Below are positions 20,307 to 30,644 of a stretch of 64,000 nucleotides of DNA, in pieces. The stretch's first letter is position 1; each line of letters begins with the position of its first letter. The DNA comes from an uncultured Gammaproteobacteria bacterium (GTDB taxonomy: Bacteria; Pseudomonadota; Gammaproteobacteria; Pseudomonadales; JAHEGP01). The stretch lies in NCBI GenBank assembly GCA_963751595.1, contig CAVVVC010000004.1, positions 73,262 through 137,261 of the forward strand. Reading direction: 5' to 3'. The notes below the pieces were generated by a model. That model was not told the DNA's origin and made no database searches. It saw nothing but the letters and a program-made list of their open reading frames with translations. Both the position numbers and the translations under genes were made by a program.

Positions 20307-21254
20307 CTAGTTAATGATTTCCCGAATTTTATACTCTTTTACTTCCTTTGAGTGGGTAAAGATGATGGTTTCCCCTACCAGGCCGATCGCGATTAATTGA
20401 ATTCCCAAAACGATGAATAGAGCACTTATCAATAACAGCGGGCGGTCTGCTGCACCGACACTGAAGAAAAACCGCTGAACAGTGACCAGCAGCAGGCCAA
20501 GGCTTCCAAAAAGGGCCGCACCGGTTCCTATCAGGCCGAAGAAGCGCAACGGCTTTTTGTTGAATTTTGTAAGGAAAACAATGGTTAGCAAGTCGAGCAA
20601 GCGCCGAATGTAGATGCCGGGCGAATAAATTCGGCTGTGGGCGTCTGCCTCGGCCTGGGGAATACTCACCTCGTGTACCCTGAAACCCTGACCGCTGGCA
20701 ATGACGGGCAAAAAGCGGTGCTGGTCGCCGTAGATGTTGAGTTCGATCAGCACCTCCTTACGTACCAGTCGAACACCACACCCTAGATCGCCGAACTCGA
20801 TGTCAGTCAGGAATCGGATGGTCGAGTTGAAGAGGCTGGCTTGCGCCTGGTTCAAGCCGGAGTCGATTCTGGGGTCTCTGTTGGCTACCACCATATCGTA
20901 ATCGGCTATAGGGTCGAAAAGGCTGCCGAGACAGTCTGAGCGCACCTGTTCATAGGGGGGCAGTATTAATATCAGGTCTCCCCTGGCGGTGCTGGTGCCG
21001 ACTTCTATGGCGGTTGCTTCGCCAAAGTCCTTGCTGAGCACGAGCATCGAGGTGTCCTGATCCTTGCTCACCAGTGGTCGCAACTGGGCGATGATGGGTT
21101 CTGAGCTCGGTACCAGGACAAAAATGTATTCGAATGTCCTGCCCGTCGCTTCCAGTGCGCGTCGGTACTTCTGGTAGGTATTGATAGTTTGCTCATGCCG
21201 TTCACAAATGGGTATGACAACGCTGACGTCGATGGCAGGGGTTTCGCTAGTCAC
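20307..21254 (-). CDS. glycosyltransferase family 2 with C-terminal TM helices
   Basis: 315 aa. N-terminus VSVVIPICERHEQ.... The C-terminal hydrophobic pair is FFGLIGTGAALFGSLGLLLV / LLLISALFIVLGIQLIAIGLVGE. The start overlaps the end of 21247..22248. Confidence 0.7.
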   Translation of the reverse strand: MTSETPAIDVSVVIPICERHEQTINTYQKYRRALEATGRTFEYIFVLVPSSEPIIAQLRPLVSKDQDTSMLVLSKDFGEATAIEVGTSTARGDLILILPPYEQVRSDCLGSLFDPIADYDMVVANRDPRIDSGLNQAQASLFNSTIRFLTDIEFGDLGCGVRLVRKEVLIELNIYGDQHRFLPVIASGQGFRVHEVSIPQAEADAHSRIYSPGIYIRRLLDLLTIVFLTKFNKKPLRFFGLIGTGAALFGSLGLLLVTVQRFFFSVGAADRPLLLISALFIVLGIQLIAIGLVGETIIFTHSKEVKEYKIREIIN

Positions 21255-22248
21255 TGGATGAATCCTTATTGGTAGCGGGTTGCTTTAAGCTTGCCTGGCC
21301 CCTGGGCGCTCCGGTGTCGCGGCGGTATAACGCCAGGCTGGATAATTGCAGGTCGCCTTTCTGGTAAGCGAATTCGCACAGCAGCCCCAGCCCCATCAGG
21401 AACAGGGCGAGTGACAAGAGAATAACGGACATACTGCTGAAAACGATCGACGGTTCCTGGAGCGCCAGGTTTCTCGAGGCTTTGTACAGGTAGAACATGG
21501 AAACAACAAAGGGGACCGCTGCCAATGACGCGAACCAGCGGGCTGGATGCTTCATGAGGGATAAAATCGTCTTTATCGTGAGCAGGTCGATCAGTACCTT
21601 GTAGACCCGGGAAAGACCGTATTTGGACTCACCGAACTGGCGTGCATGATGCTTGACCTTGACTTGCGCGACCCTGGCGCCGGACAACGACAGCAGGGCA
21701 GGAATAAATCGGTGCATCTCGTTGTAAAAAGGGGTGCTCTTCATGACGCTGGCTCGGTAGACCTTCAGCGAGCAGCCATTGTCTTTGATAGGAACGCCGG
21801 TGACCTTGCCAATCAGCCAGTTGGCTATTCGCGAGGGGATCTTGCGGGTGAGCAGTTTATCCTGCCTCTTGTGCCGCCAGCCCACCACGATGTCGTATCC
21901 TTCAGTGAGCTTGTCGAGCATCATGGGAATATCACTGGGGTCGTTTTGAAGGTCCCCATCCATGGTGATCAGGATGTCGCCCCGAGCGTTGTCGATACCC
22001 GCCGCCATCGCAGGCGTCTGGCCATAGTTGCGGCGAAAGTCGATGACCCGCAGGCGCAAATCAGTTTTCGCCAACTCCGCTGCGCGAGCGAACGTACTGT
22101 CTGAGCTGCCATCGTTGACGAATAACAGCTCATATTGGTAATCGCGACTGTTCATGGCCGCCGTGATTGCTTCATACAGCGGTTGTACACTGTCTTCCTC
22201 GTTGTAAAGCGGAACGATCACCGAGTGAAGTCTGGCTGGAGTTTGCAT
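21247..22248 (-). CDS. polyprenyl-phosphate glycosyltransferase, GT2 (GtrB/ArnC-like)
   Basis: Pattern SVIVPLYNEEDSV...LLFVNDGSSDST...FRRNYGQTPAMAAGIDNARGDILITMDGDLQNDPSDIP plus two C-terminal TM helices is the GtrB/ArnC pattern. Confidence 0.8.
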   Translation of the reverse strand: MQTPARLHSVIVPLYNEEDSVQPLYEAITAAMNSRDYQYELLFVNDGSSDSTFARAAELAKTDLRLRVIDFRRNYGQTPAMAAGIDNARGDILITMDGDLQNDPSDIPMMLDKLTEGYDIVVGWRHKRQDKLLTRKIPSRIANWLIGKVTGVPIKDNGCSLKVYRASVMKSTPFYNEMHRFIPALLSLSGARVAQVKVKHHARQFGESKYGLSRVYKVLIDLLTIKTILSLMKHPARWFASLAAVPFVVSMFYLYKASRNLALQEPSIVFSSMSVILLSLALFLMGLGLLCEFAYQKGDLQLSSLALYRRDTGAPRGQASLKQPATNKDSSSD

Positions 22249-22377
22249 CGGGGCTGGGCTGCGACTAAGGCTGCGAATAGGGATTTGCGGTCAGGATAAA
22301 AAAATCATAGTTCATGGTACAGCCTTCTACAATGGGGCGTTGGATGGGTTGCATCACTCACGATAGGTTGTTGCCGA

Positions 22378-24075
22378 TCACTGAGAAAAAAAGCGGCTGC
22401 GTCGGAAATTCGCGTCGATCATGTGCAGGTCGCCCACGTGATTGAAGGTATGTGTTCCAATGATTCTCGAGTCCCAGTGGGGTTCAATGCTGGAAACCGT
22501 CTCTTCCTGATAGTCGTCTGCTGTCAGTTGCTTGATTTCGCTGAGCATAAACCCATAGCCATAGCGGTACGAGGAATTTTGGCCCGGCCTGTAAAGCCCA
22601 TCGCCGTGCCTGAATAGCTTGCCGGCCGGGCGTGCTTTTCGGCAGTCTGAAACGATCGGGTTTTTGGGGTGGGGCTGCCAGTCATTACTCAGCAAGCTTG
22701 CTGAGCTGAATATACAGAGCTCGTCCGCCAGGGAAGCTCCCCGGGTCACCGTCACGGTAGCAAACATCCACCAGCGGTCATTTTGGCGATAGAGCGTTGC
22801 GTCTCCGGCCCGAATATCTTCCATCAGGTTCATGGTGAACTCCCAACGGTGGGGGAAATCAACGCACTTATACAACTCAACCGTGCGATTGCTCTGGGTT
22901 TCAGGAATCATGTAGTAGTCGTCTTCATGCTTGAAAACGAACGGGTAGGACAAGTGGTAGGGGCGCTCCAGAACGGGCCTCGGGGCCTGGTAATTGCCGG
23001 TCTCATCCATTTCTATGACAGAAATGAATCCCCTGTCGGTGCCGAAAATAAACTCCTCGATAAAAATGTAGTACCGACCATCCTTCTGAATAATGTGGGG
23101 ATCGGCGTAAAAACGGTCTTTCGGCGGGAAAATCTTCTTGTAGCGCCAAAGCGAAGACGAAAAGGAGTCCTTGATGTCATACATCAATATCCACTGGTTG
23201 ACGTAAAAGTTGTTGTAGTAAAGCGCAACCGTTTTCTCGATGACTTTACTCCAGAGTAGCTTGGCCATTTCGTAATTGGTGGGTGCAACGTAGAGGCGCT
23301 CGGAGTAGATCTCGGGGTGACGGTTGTCGTGCTGGACCTGTTTGAAAAACGCGTCCGGGCCGACATCGTAAAGCTCCTTTAGCTTGCGGGTCATGAAAGA
23401 CAGGGATTTCCACTTGTTACGGCTGCGGTTGTCCCTGACCGACATCGAGCTGGTGCTGGAGTAGGAGCGATACAGCACGGTGCCATTGTCCAGGTCTTCA
23501 TTGAGGATCTGCAGGATGGAGCCATTGACTGGCCAGCTCTCCAGGCTCTCCCATAGCCCCGGAGGCCCGCCGCGGTTTATGCGGTTGTCGCCATGATGAA
23601 AAGACCACACCCCGTATCGGGCAATAGTCAGGATGTCTCCGCGCAGGATACGAAAACCGCAGCGAATGAGCACATCCAGTTTATGCGAATCAATCTGTTC
23701 GATATCGCTGCTCTGGAAGCGGTCAGACCACTTTGTCTTGATGGGTTGGCAGGGAATCGTCGGAATATCACCCAACAAGTCCCCTGCACCGACTTTCTCA
23801 CTGGCATCGGGAACCGAATGCTTGCGATCGATGAGGAAAAAATACAACGTGTCCAACAGGCGTCCCATGGCGATGGAGGGCAGGCGCTTGTAGTTTCGCC
23901 TCAATTTTTCGGCAAAACTGCGTTCGACTGTTTTTTGCACCGAGTCGTTGACAATTACCAGCTTGACCTCGGCGTAGTCAGATTGCTGGATATTCTCGAT
24001 CATTTTATGTTGCCATGCAGACACTTTCTCGTTGTCATCAAGCAACAGTCCGATCCGCAGTTTGGCATTAGTCAT
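22378..24075 (-). CDS. two-domain hypothetical protein: formyltransferase-like N-domain plus beta-propeller-like C-domain
   Basis: 565 aa. The N-part DVLIRCGFRILRGDILTIARYGVWSFHHGDNRINRGGPPGLWE resembles the formyl-transferase fold. The C-part (YADPHIIQKDGRYYIFIEEF...YPFVFKHEDDYYMIPE...RWWMFATV) resembles a GH43-like / five-bladed propeller. Both assignments are tentative. Confidence 0.5.
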   Translation of the reverse strand: MTNAKLRIGLLLDDNEKVSAWQHKMIENIQQSDYAEVKLVIVNDSVQKTVERSFAEKLRRNYKRLPSIAMGRLLDTLYFFLIDRKHSVPDASEKVGAGDLLGDIPTIPCQPIKTKWSDRFQSSDIEQIDSHKLDVLIRCGFRILRGDILTIARYGVWSFHHGDNRINRGGPPGLWESLESWPVNGSILQILNEDLDNGTVLYRSYSSTSSMSVRDNRSRNKWKSLSFMTRKLKELYDVGPDAFFKQVQHDNRHPEIYSERLYVAPTNYEMAKLLWSKVIEKTVALYYNNFYVNQWILMYDIKDSFSSSLWRYKKIFPPKDRFYADPHIIQKDGRYYIFIEEFIFGTDRGFISVIEMDETGNYQAPRPVLERPYHLSYPFVFKHEDDYYMIPETQSNRTVELYKCVDFPHRWEFTMNLMEDIRAGDATLYRQNDRWWMFATVTVTRGASLADELCIFSSASLLSNDWQPHPKNPIVSDCRKARPAGKLFRHGDGLYRPGQNSSYRYGYGFMLSEIKQLTADDYQEETVSSIEPHWDSRIIGTHTFNHVGDLHMIDANFRRSRFFSQ

Positions 24076-24309
24076 TGATATCGTCAGCCCAATGGCAGCG
24101 AATCGCCACCATTCGTGTATTGGAGTTTTTTGCGACCCGTAGGGTGTCGCGTCGTTGATCGGTAGCGGACAACAGCTTCCCTGAGAGCAACCAGCGTGTC
24201 TGAAAAGGCGTTAGCCTAACCGAATATTATAGACAAGATAAGCAGTCACCGGGAATCCCCTGCGGGGTTTGCCTGGCCGAAAGTACTCCCCCATGTGAGG
24301 TAGCTTGAA

Positions 24310-25416
24310 TCAATGCGCTGCCAACGTTTGCCGATAGAGCTCCAGGTGCCCCCGCGCCATGGCACTGGATGAGAAGTGTTTCTGCAACTGGTGGCGGGCC
24401 AATTCGGCCTTGCGGGCGGCAGCCTCGGGCTGTCGGATGATGTCCTCAAGCGCTCCGGCAAATGATTCGATCTGCTGACGATCCAGCACGCAACCAAACT
24501 CACCGTCCCCGAGTAATTCGGGCAAGCCCCCAATTCGGTGCGTTACGATCAATGTCCGGTGCTTCATGGCTTCCAGCGCAACCATGGGCAGGCCTTCATG
24601 GTCTGAGCAGATGACCAGGATATCAAGGTCAGCGATGTGAGCCTCGGCATTGTCGACATGACCTTCGAACGTAAGCTGATCATCGATGCCAAGCTCTGTG
24701 GCGAGCTCCGTGAGTGCAGGGCGCAGCGGGCCGTCGCCTATTATCCTGAAACACGCTTTGCTGGCAGTATTCGGGCTGGATAGAACCCTCGCCGCTATGC
24801 GCAGGAACAGGTCGACGCGTTTCACCGGCGCCAGCCGGCCAACGATGCCAATGGCGAGGGGAGGTCGGAATTTATCTTCCTGATCCCATTCATCCGGGCC
24901 GGTATCGATACCGTTGGCAATGACGCAAACTTTTTTGGTGCCGAAACTTTTCCGCAGCTCGGCTGCCAGGGGCGCAGATACCGCGATAATGCTGCGCTGG
25001 AGCAGCCGCCCCGACAGGAAGTCGATATCGTGAATGGCTCGTTTCCGCAGGTTCAGGGCGCTGAAAGAATGCTCGCTGGCGCCATGCTGGGTTCGCACAC
25101 TGGGTATCCGATGCCGTGTGCCAACCAGGCTGCCGATGATGTTTTCCTTCGAGCGGTGTGTATGAATGATGTCAGGCCGGGTTTTCTCGACCCACAGGCT
25201 AACAGAGTGCATTAGCTGCAAGGTGTTCTGGCGAGACTCGTCCAGCACGAGTAATTCGACGTCGGCGTCGCGGAGCTTCTCCGCCAGGGCCCCCGGATTC
25301 AGGATTACCGCCGCAATACGCACCTGAGAAGATTGCTGCAGCGCCAAAATCAGTGTGTAAAGCGCTTTCTCTGCGCCGGCCCATAGGTCTCCGGAGGCAA
25401 TATGAAGTACTTTCAT
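24310..25416 (-). CDS. glycosyltransferase, GT4 / group 1
   Basis: 368 aa. N-terminus MKVLHIASGDLWAGAEK. C-terminal block ILVICSDHEGLPMVALEAMKHRTLIVTHRIGGLPELL. Confidence 0.8.
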   Translation of the reverse strand: MKVLHIASGDLWAGAEKALYTLILALQQSSQVRIAAVILNPGALAEKLRDADVELLVLDESRQNTLQLMHSVSLWVEKTRPDIIHTHRSKENIIGSLVGTRHRIPSVRTQHGASEHSFSALNLRKRAIHDIDFLSGRLLQRSIIAVSAPLAAELRKSFGTKKVCVIANGIDTGPDEWDQEDKFRPPLAIGIVGRLAPVKRVDLFLRIAARVLSSPNTASKACFRIIGDGPLRPALTELATELGIDDQLTFEGHVDNAEAHIADLDILVICSDHEGLPMVALEAMKHRTLIVTHRIGGLPELLGDGEFGCVLDRQQIESFAGALEDIIRQPEAAARKAELARHQLQKHFSSSAMARGHLELYRQTLAAH

Positions 25417-25565
25417 CGAGGCAGTAAGTTACCCATCAAGAAAATATAAGCTGCGGTGATACGTGCAACTGACCAGTTTAATGCCATAATTGGGGCTGTA
25501 TTATAGCTGCTATCGGTTGCGCGTAGCGGGCTATCCCCAGTGAATCTTGTGCCGCGAGTTTCCCT

Positions 25566-26699
25566 ATGAAACTGGTTTTCTGGCTGTTGGCAGTGGCGAC
25601 AGCCTACAGTTACTTTCTCTATGCCGCATTGCTCCAACTGCTGCCCAAACGACGTGCCTACACGGAATTGGAGGGCAGTGGGGATCTGCCGAAGGTTAGC
25701 CTGATCATTACCGCGTACAATGAAGCGTCCCGGATTACTGAAAAACTCGAGAACTCCCTGGCCCTGGACTATCCCCTGGAGTTGCTTGAAATCATCGTCG
25801 CATCGGATTGTTCCGAGGATGAGACTGACGCCATCGGCGAGGACTTTGCGCCGGGACGGGTCAGACTGGTCCGCGCTGATGAGCGCAAGGGCAAGGAATA
25901 CGCCCAATATTGCGCGATAAAGCAGGCGAAGGGCGAGATTCTGGTCTTTTCTGATGTCGCCACCAGCATTTCACCCGGGGCCATCCGCAGTCTGGTGGAC
26001 TATTTCCGTGACCCTCGAATTGGAGCCGTGTCCAGCGAAGATCATTTCGTCAGTCAGGATGGCAAAGTGGTTGGAGAGGGTGCCTACGTGCGGTATGAAA
26101 TGTGGTTACGCCGGCTGGAGTCCGACTGCGCCGGCCTGGTTGGTCTTAGCGGCTCCTTTTTTGCGGCTCGAGCCTCGGTCTGCCAGCAGTGGGACATTTA
26201 CTCGCCCAGTGACTTCAATACCGCGTTGAACTGCGCCAGGCAGGACCTGATTGCCGTCACCGCGCCAGACGTTCAAGGGCATTACAAGGATATTGTCGAG
26301 GCCAAGCGAGAGTACCAGCGCAAGGTGAGAACGGTACTGCGGGGTATGACGGCGCTGCTGCGGCACCCTGAAGTCCTGAGCTATCCGCGCTTTGGCATGT
26401 TTTCGATGCAACTGTGGAGTCACAAGATCATGCGCTGGGCGGTGCCCTGGTTGCTGATAGCCCTGCTGGTGGTTTCGTTCCTGCTCTGGAATGACGGGGC
26501 GGTCTACCGGATTGCACTGCTTGCCCAGTTGGGATTCTATGGTGTGGGCCTGATAGGCTGGTTGATTCCATCCACTCGAGAGGTTGGCCTGGTGAGAATG
26601 GTGTATTTCTTTCTCCTGGTTAATGTTGCCCTGGCCGAGGCTTTTATCAAGTTGCTTAGGGGTGAGCGCATCTACGTCTGGAAGCCTTCCCAGCGGTGA
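25566..26699 (+). CDS. membrane glycosyltransferase family 2 (processive-synthase-like)
   Basis: 377 aa. An N-terminal TM segment, then VSLIITAYNEASRI...IVASDCSEDETD...VFSDVAT...SSEDHF, then C-terminal TM helices. Confidence 0.75.
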   Translation: MKLVFWLLAVATAYSYFLYAALLQLLPKRRAYTELEGSGDLPKVSLIITAYNEASRITEKLENSLALDYPLELLEIIVASDCSEDETDAIGEDFAPGRVRLVRADERKGKEYAQYCAIKQAKGEILVFSDVATSISPGAIRSLVDYFRDPRIGAVSSEDHFVSQDGKVVGEGAYVRYEMWLRRLESDCAGLVGLSGSFFAARASVCQQWDIYSPSDFNTALNCARQDLIAVTAPDVQGHYKDIVEAKREYQRKVRTVLRGMTALLRHPEVLSYPRFGMFSMQLWSHKIMRWAVPWLLIALLVVSFLLWNDGAVYRIALLAQLGFYGVGLIGWLIPSTREVGLVRMVYFFLLVNVALAEAFIKLLRGERIYVWKPSQR

Positions 26700-27871
26700 C
26701 TCATTCGCACCTGCTTACCCATTGGCTTGCGGGACGCTTGTCCCCCGTCGGCGAGCCCATTGAACTGCAAGCCGGAACGCCGCCGGCCGACAGCCTGTTT
26801 CCCGATGCCTATACCGCTGTGCTATTGAATAGCGGCACAGCGGCGCTGGCTCTGGCGATGGCAATCGCGGCCGAAGCGAAGGAGACTCCGTCACCCCGGG
26901 TGCTATTGCCCGCTTACGGTTGCCCGGATTTACTCGCAGCAGCCTACTATGCGGGTTTGCAGCCAGTGCTGGTGGATATTCACGCTGATAGCCCACGCTA
27001 TCAGCAAGCGGCTTTGGAGGACGCAATTAATGCAGACACCGTGGCAATCGTCGCTGTCAATTTTGTCGGCATTGCCGAAGACCTGGCAAGAATGCGTGCC
27101 CTGTGCGATCGTCATGGATTGGTCCTGATCGAGGATGACGCCCAATACCTGCCGCTGGACAGTGCCGGGTCGAGCTACTCGGGTGACCTGGTCGTACATA
27201 GTTTTGGTCGGGGCAAGCCTGTCTCCCAGGTCGGTGGGGGCGCACTTTTGCAGCGCCAACCGCCAGGAGGCACCGCGTCTGCCAGGTTTGATCACTTGCC
27301 GCTGCAGCAACTCTCCGAGCGCAACTGGCGGCTCAAGGCGCGCCTTTTCAACCTGATCCTGCGTCCTCAGATCTATCAACTGCTTGCGCTGCTGCCGTTT
27401 TTACAGATCGGCGCCACGCGTTATCACGCGTTGGAGGGAATTGAGCGAATGGATGCCTGGCGTAACGCCTATCTGCATTGCAACGTCGAGCTCTATCGCA
27501 AGCGATTCCGGCAGTTGCAGCAGCGATTGGATGTGGCGCTGGAGGCATTGCCCGGGTCTACCTACACCAATTTGCCGCGTTCCCACCAATGTCTGGATCG
27601 ACCCCTGTTGCGGTATCCGGTACTGTGTCGCAGTGAAGCTCAGTGCAATGCATTGTTTTCGGCGCTTGAGGGTGAGGGCCTGGGCGCCTCACGCATGTAC
27701 CGACGGGCGTTGCCGCAGATAGACAATATTCCCCACCCCATTGTCGGCGAGTTCACCGGTGCTGAGGCATTCGCCAGTCGTCTGTTGACGTTGCCGCTGA
27801 CCAGCTTTGTAAACCAGAAAAGGTTTGACAGACTGCTGGAGTTGTTGCACAACTACAGCGACTTCAGCTGA
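26696..27871 (+). CDS. DegT/DnrJ/EryC1-type PLP aminotransferase-like protein
   Basis: 391 aa. Blocks LNSGTAALALAM...LIEDDAQYLP...VHSFGRGKPVSQVGGGALL (putative PLP Lys). The start overlaps the upstream stop. Confidence 0.65.
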   Translation: MTHSHLLTHWLAGRLSPVGEPIELQAGTPPADSLFPDAYTAVLLNSGTAALALAMAIAAEAKETPSPRVLLPAYGCPDLLAAAYYAGLQPVLVDIHADSPRYQQAALEDAINADTVAIVAVNFVGIAEDLARMRALCDRHGLVLIEDDAQYLPLDSAGSSYSGDLVVHSFGRGKPVSQVGGGALLQRQPPGGTASARFDHLPLQQLSERNWRLKARLFNLILRPQIYQLLALLPFLQIGATRYHALEGIERMDAWRNAYLHCNVELYRKRFRQLQQRLDVALEALPGSTYTNLPRSHQCLDRPLLRYPVLCRSEAQCNALFSALEGEGLGASRMYRRALPQIDNIPHPIVGEFTGAEAFASRLLTLPLTSFVNQKRFDRLLELLHNYSDFS

Positions 27872-27963
27872 TGCGTGGTTCGCCCAGTGGCCGGTCCCCA
27901 GGGATCGATTGGCAACATGCTGGCCGTGTTTCCCTCCCCAGGGTTTCGATCCAGATCCGGCAC

Positions 27964-30603
27964 TTAGCGGTTTCGTGCCTGCTCCAGATGCCCTTGAATC
28001 ACGGTTGACCCCGGCTCCAATTGCAACGCCCTGTCAAGCCAGTGAATTCCCTGTTCGACGTCCCCCCGGGCCAGGTAAGCCATCCCCAGCGTGTCCAGTA
28101 CCGCGGAATTGTCAGGGCTCAATTGCTCGGCCATTTGCGCCAGCTCAAGTGCCCTGGCCGCCTTATCATCCGCGTCAAGGTACAGCCAGGCGAGATTATT
28201 GAGCGCCGTGACATTGTCGGGTTCAGCCTCCAGCACCTGCTGGTAGAGTGCGATCGCCGTGGTCGGGTCAGACGCATTCTGGGCCTCGATGGCTTTTACC
28301 AGAACAAGTGCGGTATCGCCGGGTAGCTGGGTGGACCAGTCCTTCGTGAAGGTATCTGCCCGCTCCGGGTCGGTAGCCTTTAGCAGTCGAAAAATCTTGT
28401 TTGCGAGGGGGGAGCTGGCCTGTACGTTCCAGGCATCGAAGTAAGCATTCAGGGCGGCACCGGAGTCACTTTCGCTGTAGATATCCCCCAACAACTCGTG
28501 TCCACTGGCGGGGGCAATTTGCAACAACAGCTCGGCCGCTTCATGGGCAGCAACGGGGTTGCCGTCTCGCATTTCGATTTCCGCCAGTAACTGCAGCAAT
28601 GGCCTTGCATTGGGGAGCTGTGCCAGGCCCCGGGTGAGCTGTTTGCGGGCCAGCGTGAAATCGTTCGTCACCAGGGATGCCTCGGTCAGGTGCCGGTAGA
28701 CTTCCAGGGCAACGCCCTCGATGTAAGCTTGCCCCGGCTGGCGTTGTATAGCCTCCTCGATCAGCGTGGCGGCGGCCTCTGCCTGTTGGTTGCGCAACCG
28801 GTATTGCGCCATGATCGACAGTGCCATCCCGCTTTGGGGGCGTTTTTCGCTTAAGGTTTGCAGCTTCTGCAGCCCCCGATCGACGTCGCCCTGTGCCTCT
28901 GTGCTACTGATGCTGCCTTTGAGGGCGTCGATGGAGTCCGGGACGATATCGAGGACACGTGAGAAATAGTCTTCGGCGCTGCGGTATGCACCCTCGCTGT
29001 AAGCCAGGCGCGCCATTGCCATCCACGCACTGGCATCATTCGGGGAGATCTTGATAGCGCGCTGCAAATGCTTGCGGGCATCGTCGGGGCTACCGGCCAT
29101 GAGGCAAGCAAGTCCGGCGAGCGTCTGTGCATGACTCTCATCCGGGCTGGCCCTGGCTATTTCCTGAGCCAAAGTCAGAGTCTCTTCGATTTTGTTACTG
29201 CCAAGCAGGAGCTGGACAAGCGCCTCCTGAACGGCCGGGTCGAGGGGGTCAGTTTCATAAGCCAGCCTTGCCTGTTCAAGCGCCTGTGGCAGCAAACCCT
29301 GTCGCTGGTAGAAGGTTAGCATGGCCAGTCGCAGGCGGTTGTTGTTCGGGTCTATCTGCAGCGACTTTTCGATGAAACTGATACCGGCAAGGTCCTGGCG
29401 GGCAAGCTTGGCAAGGCCAAAGAGCCCCAGCAGCGTGGCGTTGTCCCGGCGGGTTTGAAGCTCAGGCTCGAGGATCTCCAGAACCTGGTCAATCTCATTG
29501 AGTTGAAACTTGGCGCTCAGCAGCAGCTCCAGCGCAGAGCTGTTGGCGGTTTCCGGATCGATGTGGGCCATGAGCAGAGCGGCGGCCTGGGACACATCGC
29601 CCTGCATGTAGCTAACGATACCCAGCAGGGTGCCGGCAAAACTATCGCCGCCATTTTCCAGCACCTGCTTGAGTACCTCGCTGGCCTCGTGCAGCCTGCC
29701 GTCCTCGATCAGTTGGATACTTCGCTCGATGAGGGTTTTATTGGCGGAATATTCCGGAAGCTGTTGAGCCAGGGTTCGCTGATAAGCGGCGGCTTCGTCA
29801 GTGCGTCCGTGCAGGGTCAAGGCTCGTGCCATTAGCTGCAGCGCCTCGATTCGCTCGGGCAACATAATATCGGTTTCGGGGAGCTGGCCAAGTAGCTCAG
29901 TCAGTGATCCCTCTGCCTGCTCGTATTTGCCCCGTTGGACGCCAATGCCTGCTGCCAGAAGCCGGGCTTCAGCATTGAGGGGGCCGGTTGGATCCAGCAT
30001 TGGCTCAAGGGTTGCCAGGGCCGCCTGGGAATTGCCTTCCAACAAACTCACCCGCGCCAGTTCGACAATGACTCGGTCGCGGATCGGCCCGGCCGCCGCC
30101 TTTTGCAGAGCCGAGCGTGCGCCTTCCAGCTCACCCAGGCCCATCAGGGCTTGACCCAGGTAGAGCTGGTAGAGAAGACCTTGCTGGGGGCTGTTAGCGG
30201 CCGTGTCGCTGGCGAGCAGCAAATCCCGTGCCGAACGATACTTGCCCAGGCCATTGAGCGCCCGGGCTTGTTCCAGGGTTAGCGCGGGATGGTTTTTGTC
30301 CGGTGCCTTTGCCGCGGCCTCCACGGCACTGCGAAAGTACCCCAGCTGGTTGTAGAGGGAGACCATCAGGAGATGGGGAGCCATCTGCGATGGTGCGGCC
30401 CGGACCGCGTTTTGAGCCTGGATCAGTGCCGCCCTGAACTGTCCCTGCTCACGGTACTCCTGCGCGCTCTCCAGCTGTCGGGCAGCCTGCTCGGTGGCAG
30501 ATTGACCGCATGCAGTCAGCAGTAATGCGACTGCAAGGGTAAGCAGAGCGATTGGGCTCGAATGGTTGCGCTGCTGCGGTAGTTGTTGCCTGGCAATGGA
30601 CAT
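27964..30603 (-). CDS. prsT: PEP-CTERM system TPR-repeat lipoprotein
   Basis: 879 aa. Lipobox LLLTACGQ. TPR-like repeats run end to end. It lies immediately downstream of prsK-prsR, the arrangement described for the PEP-CTERM/EpsH system. Confidence 0.8.
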   Translation of the reverse strand: MSIARQQLPQQRNHSSPIALLTLAVALLLTACGQSATEQAARQLESAQEYREQGQFRAALIQAQNAVRAAPSQMAPHLLMVSLYNQLGYFRSAVEAAAKAPDKNHPALTLEQARALNGLGKYRSARDLLLASDTAANSPQQGLLYQLYLGQALMGLGELEGARSALQKAAAGPIRDRVIVELARVSLLEGNSQAALATLEPMLDPTGPLNAEARLLAAGIGVQRGKYEQAEGSLTELLGQLPETDIMLPERIEALQLMARALTLHGRTDEAAAYQRTLAQQLPEYSANKTLIERSIQLIEDGRLHEASEVLKQVLENGGDSFAGTLLGIVSYMQGDVSQAAALLMAHIDPETANSSALELLLSAKFQLNEIDQVLEILEPELQTRRDNATLLGLFGLAKLARQDLAGISFIEKSLQIDPNNNRLRLAMLTFYQRQGLLPQALEQARLAYETDPLDPAVQEALVQLLLGSNKIEETLTLAQEIARASPDESHAQTLAGLACLMAGSPDDARKHLQRAIKISPNDASAWMAMARLAYSEGAYRSAEDYFSRVLDIVPDSIDALKGSISSTEAQGDVDRGLQKLQTLSEKRPQSGMALSIMAQYRLRNQQAEAAATLIEEAIQRQPGQAYIEGVALEVYRHLTEASLVTNDFTLARKQLTRGLAQLPNARPLLQLLAEIEMRDGNPVAAHEAAELLLQIAPASGHELLGDIYSESDSGAALNAYFDAWNVQASSPLANKIFRLLKATDPERADTFTKDWSTQLPGDTALVLVKAIEAQNASDPTTAIALYQQVLEAEPDNVTALNNLAWLYLDADDKAARALELAQMAEQLSPDNSAVLDTLGMAYLARGDVEQGIHWLDRALQLEPGSTVIQGHLEQARNR

Positions 30604-30644
30604 TGGTCTCCCCGCTGGGCTTTAGCTCGCTGTCGCCGCAGGGT

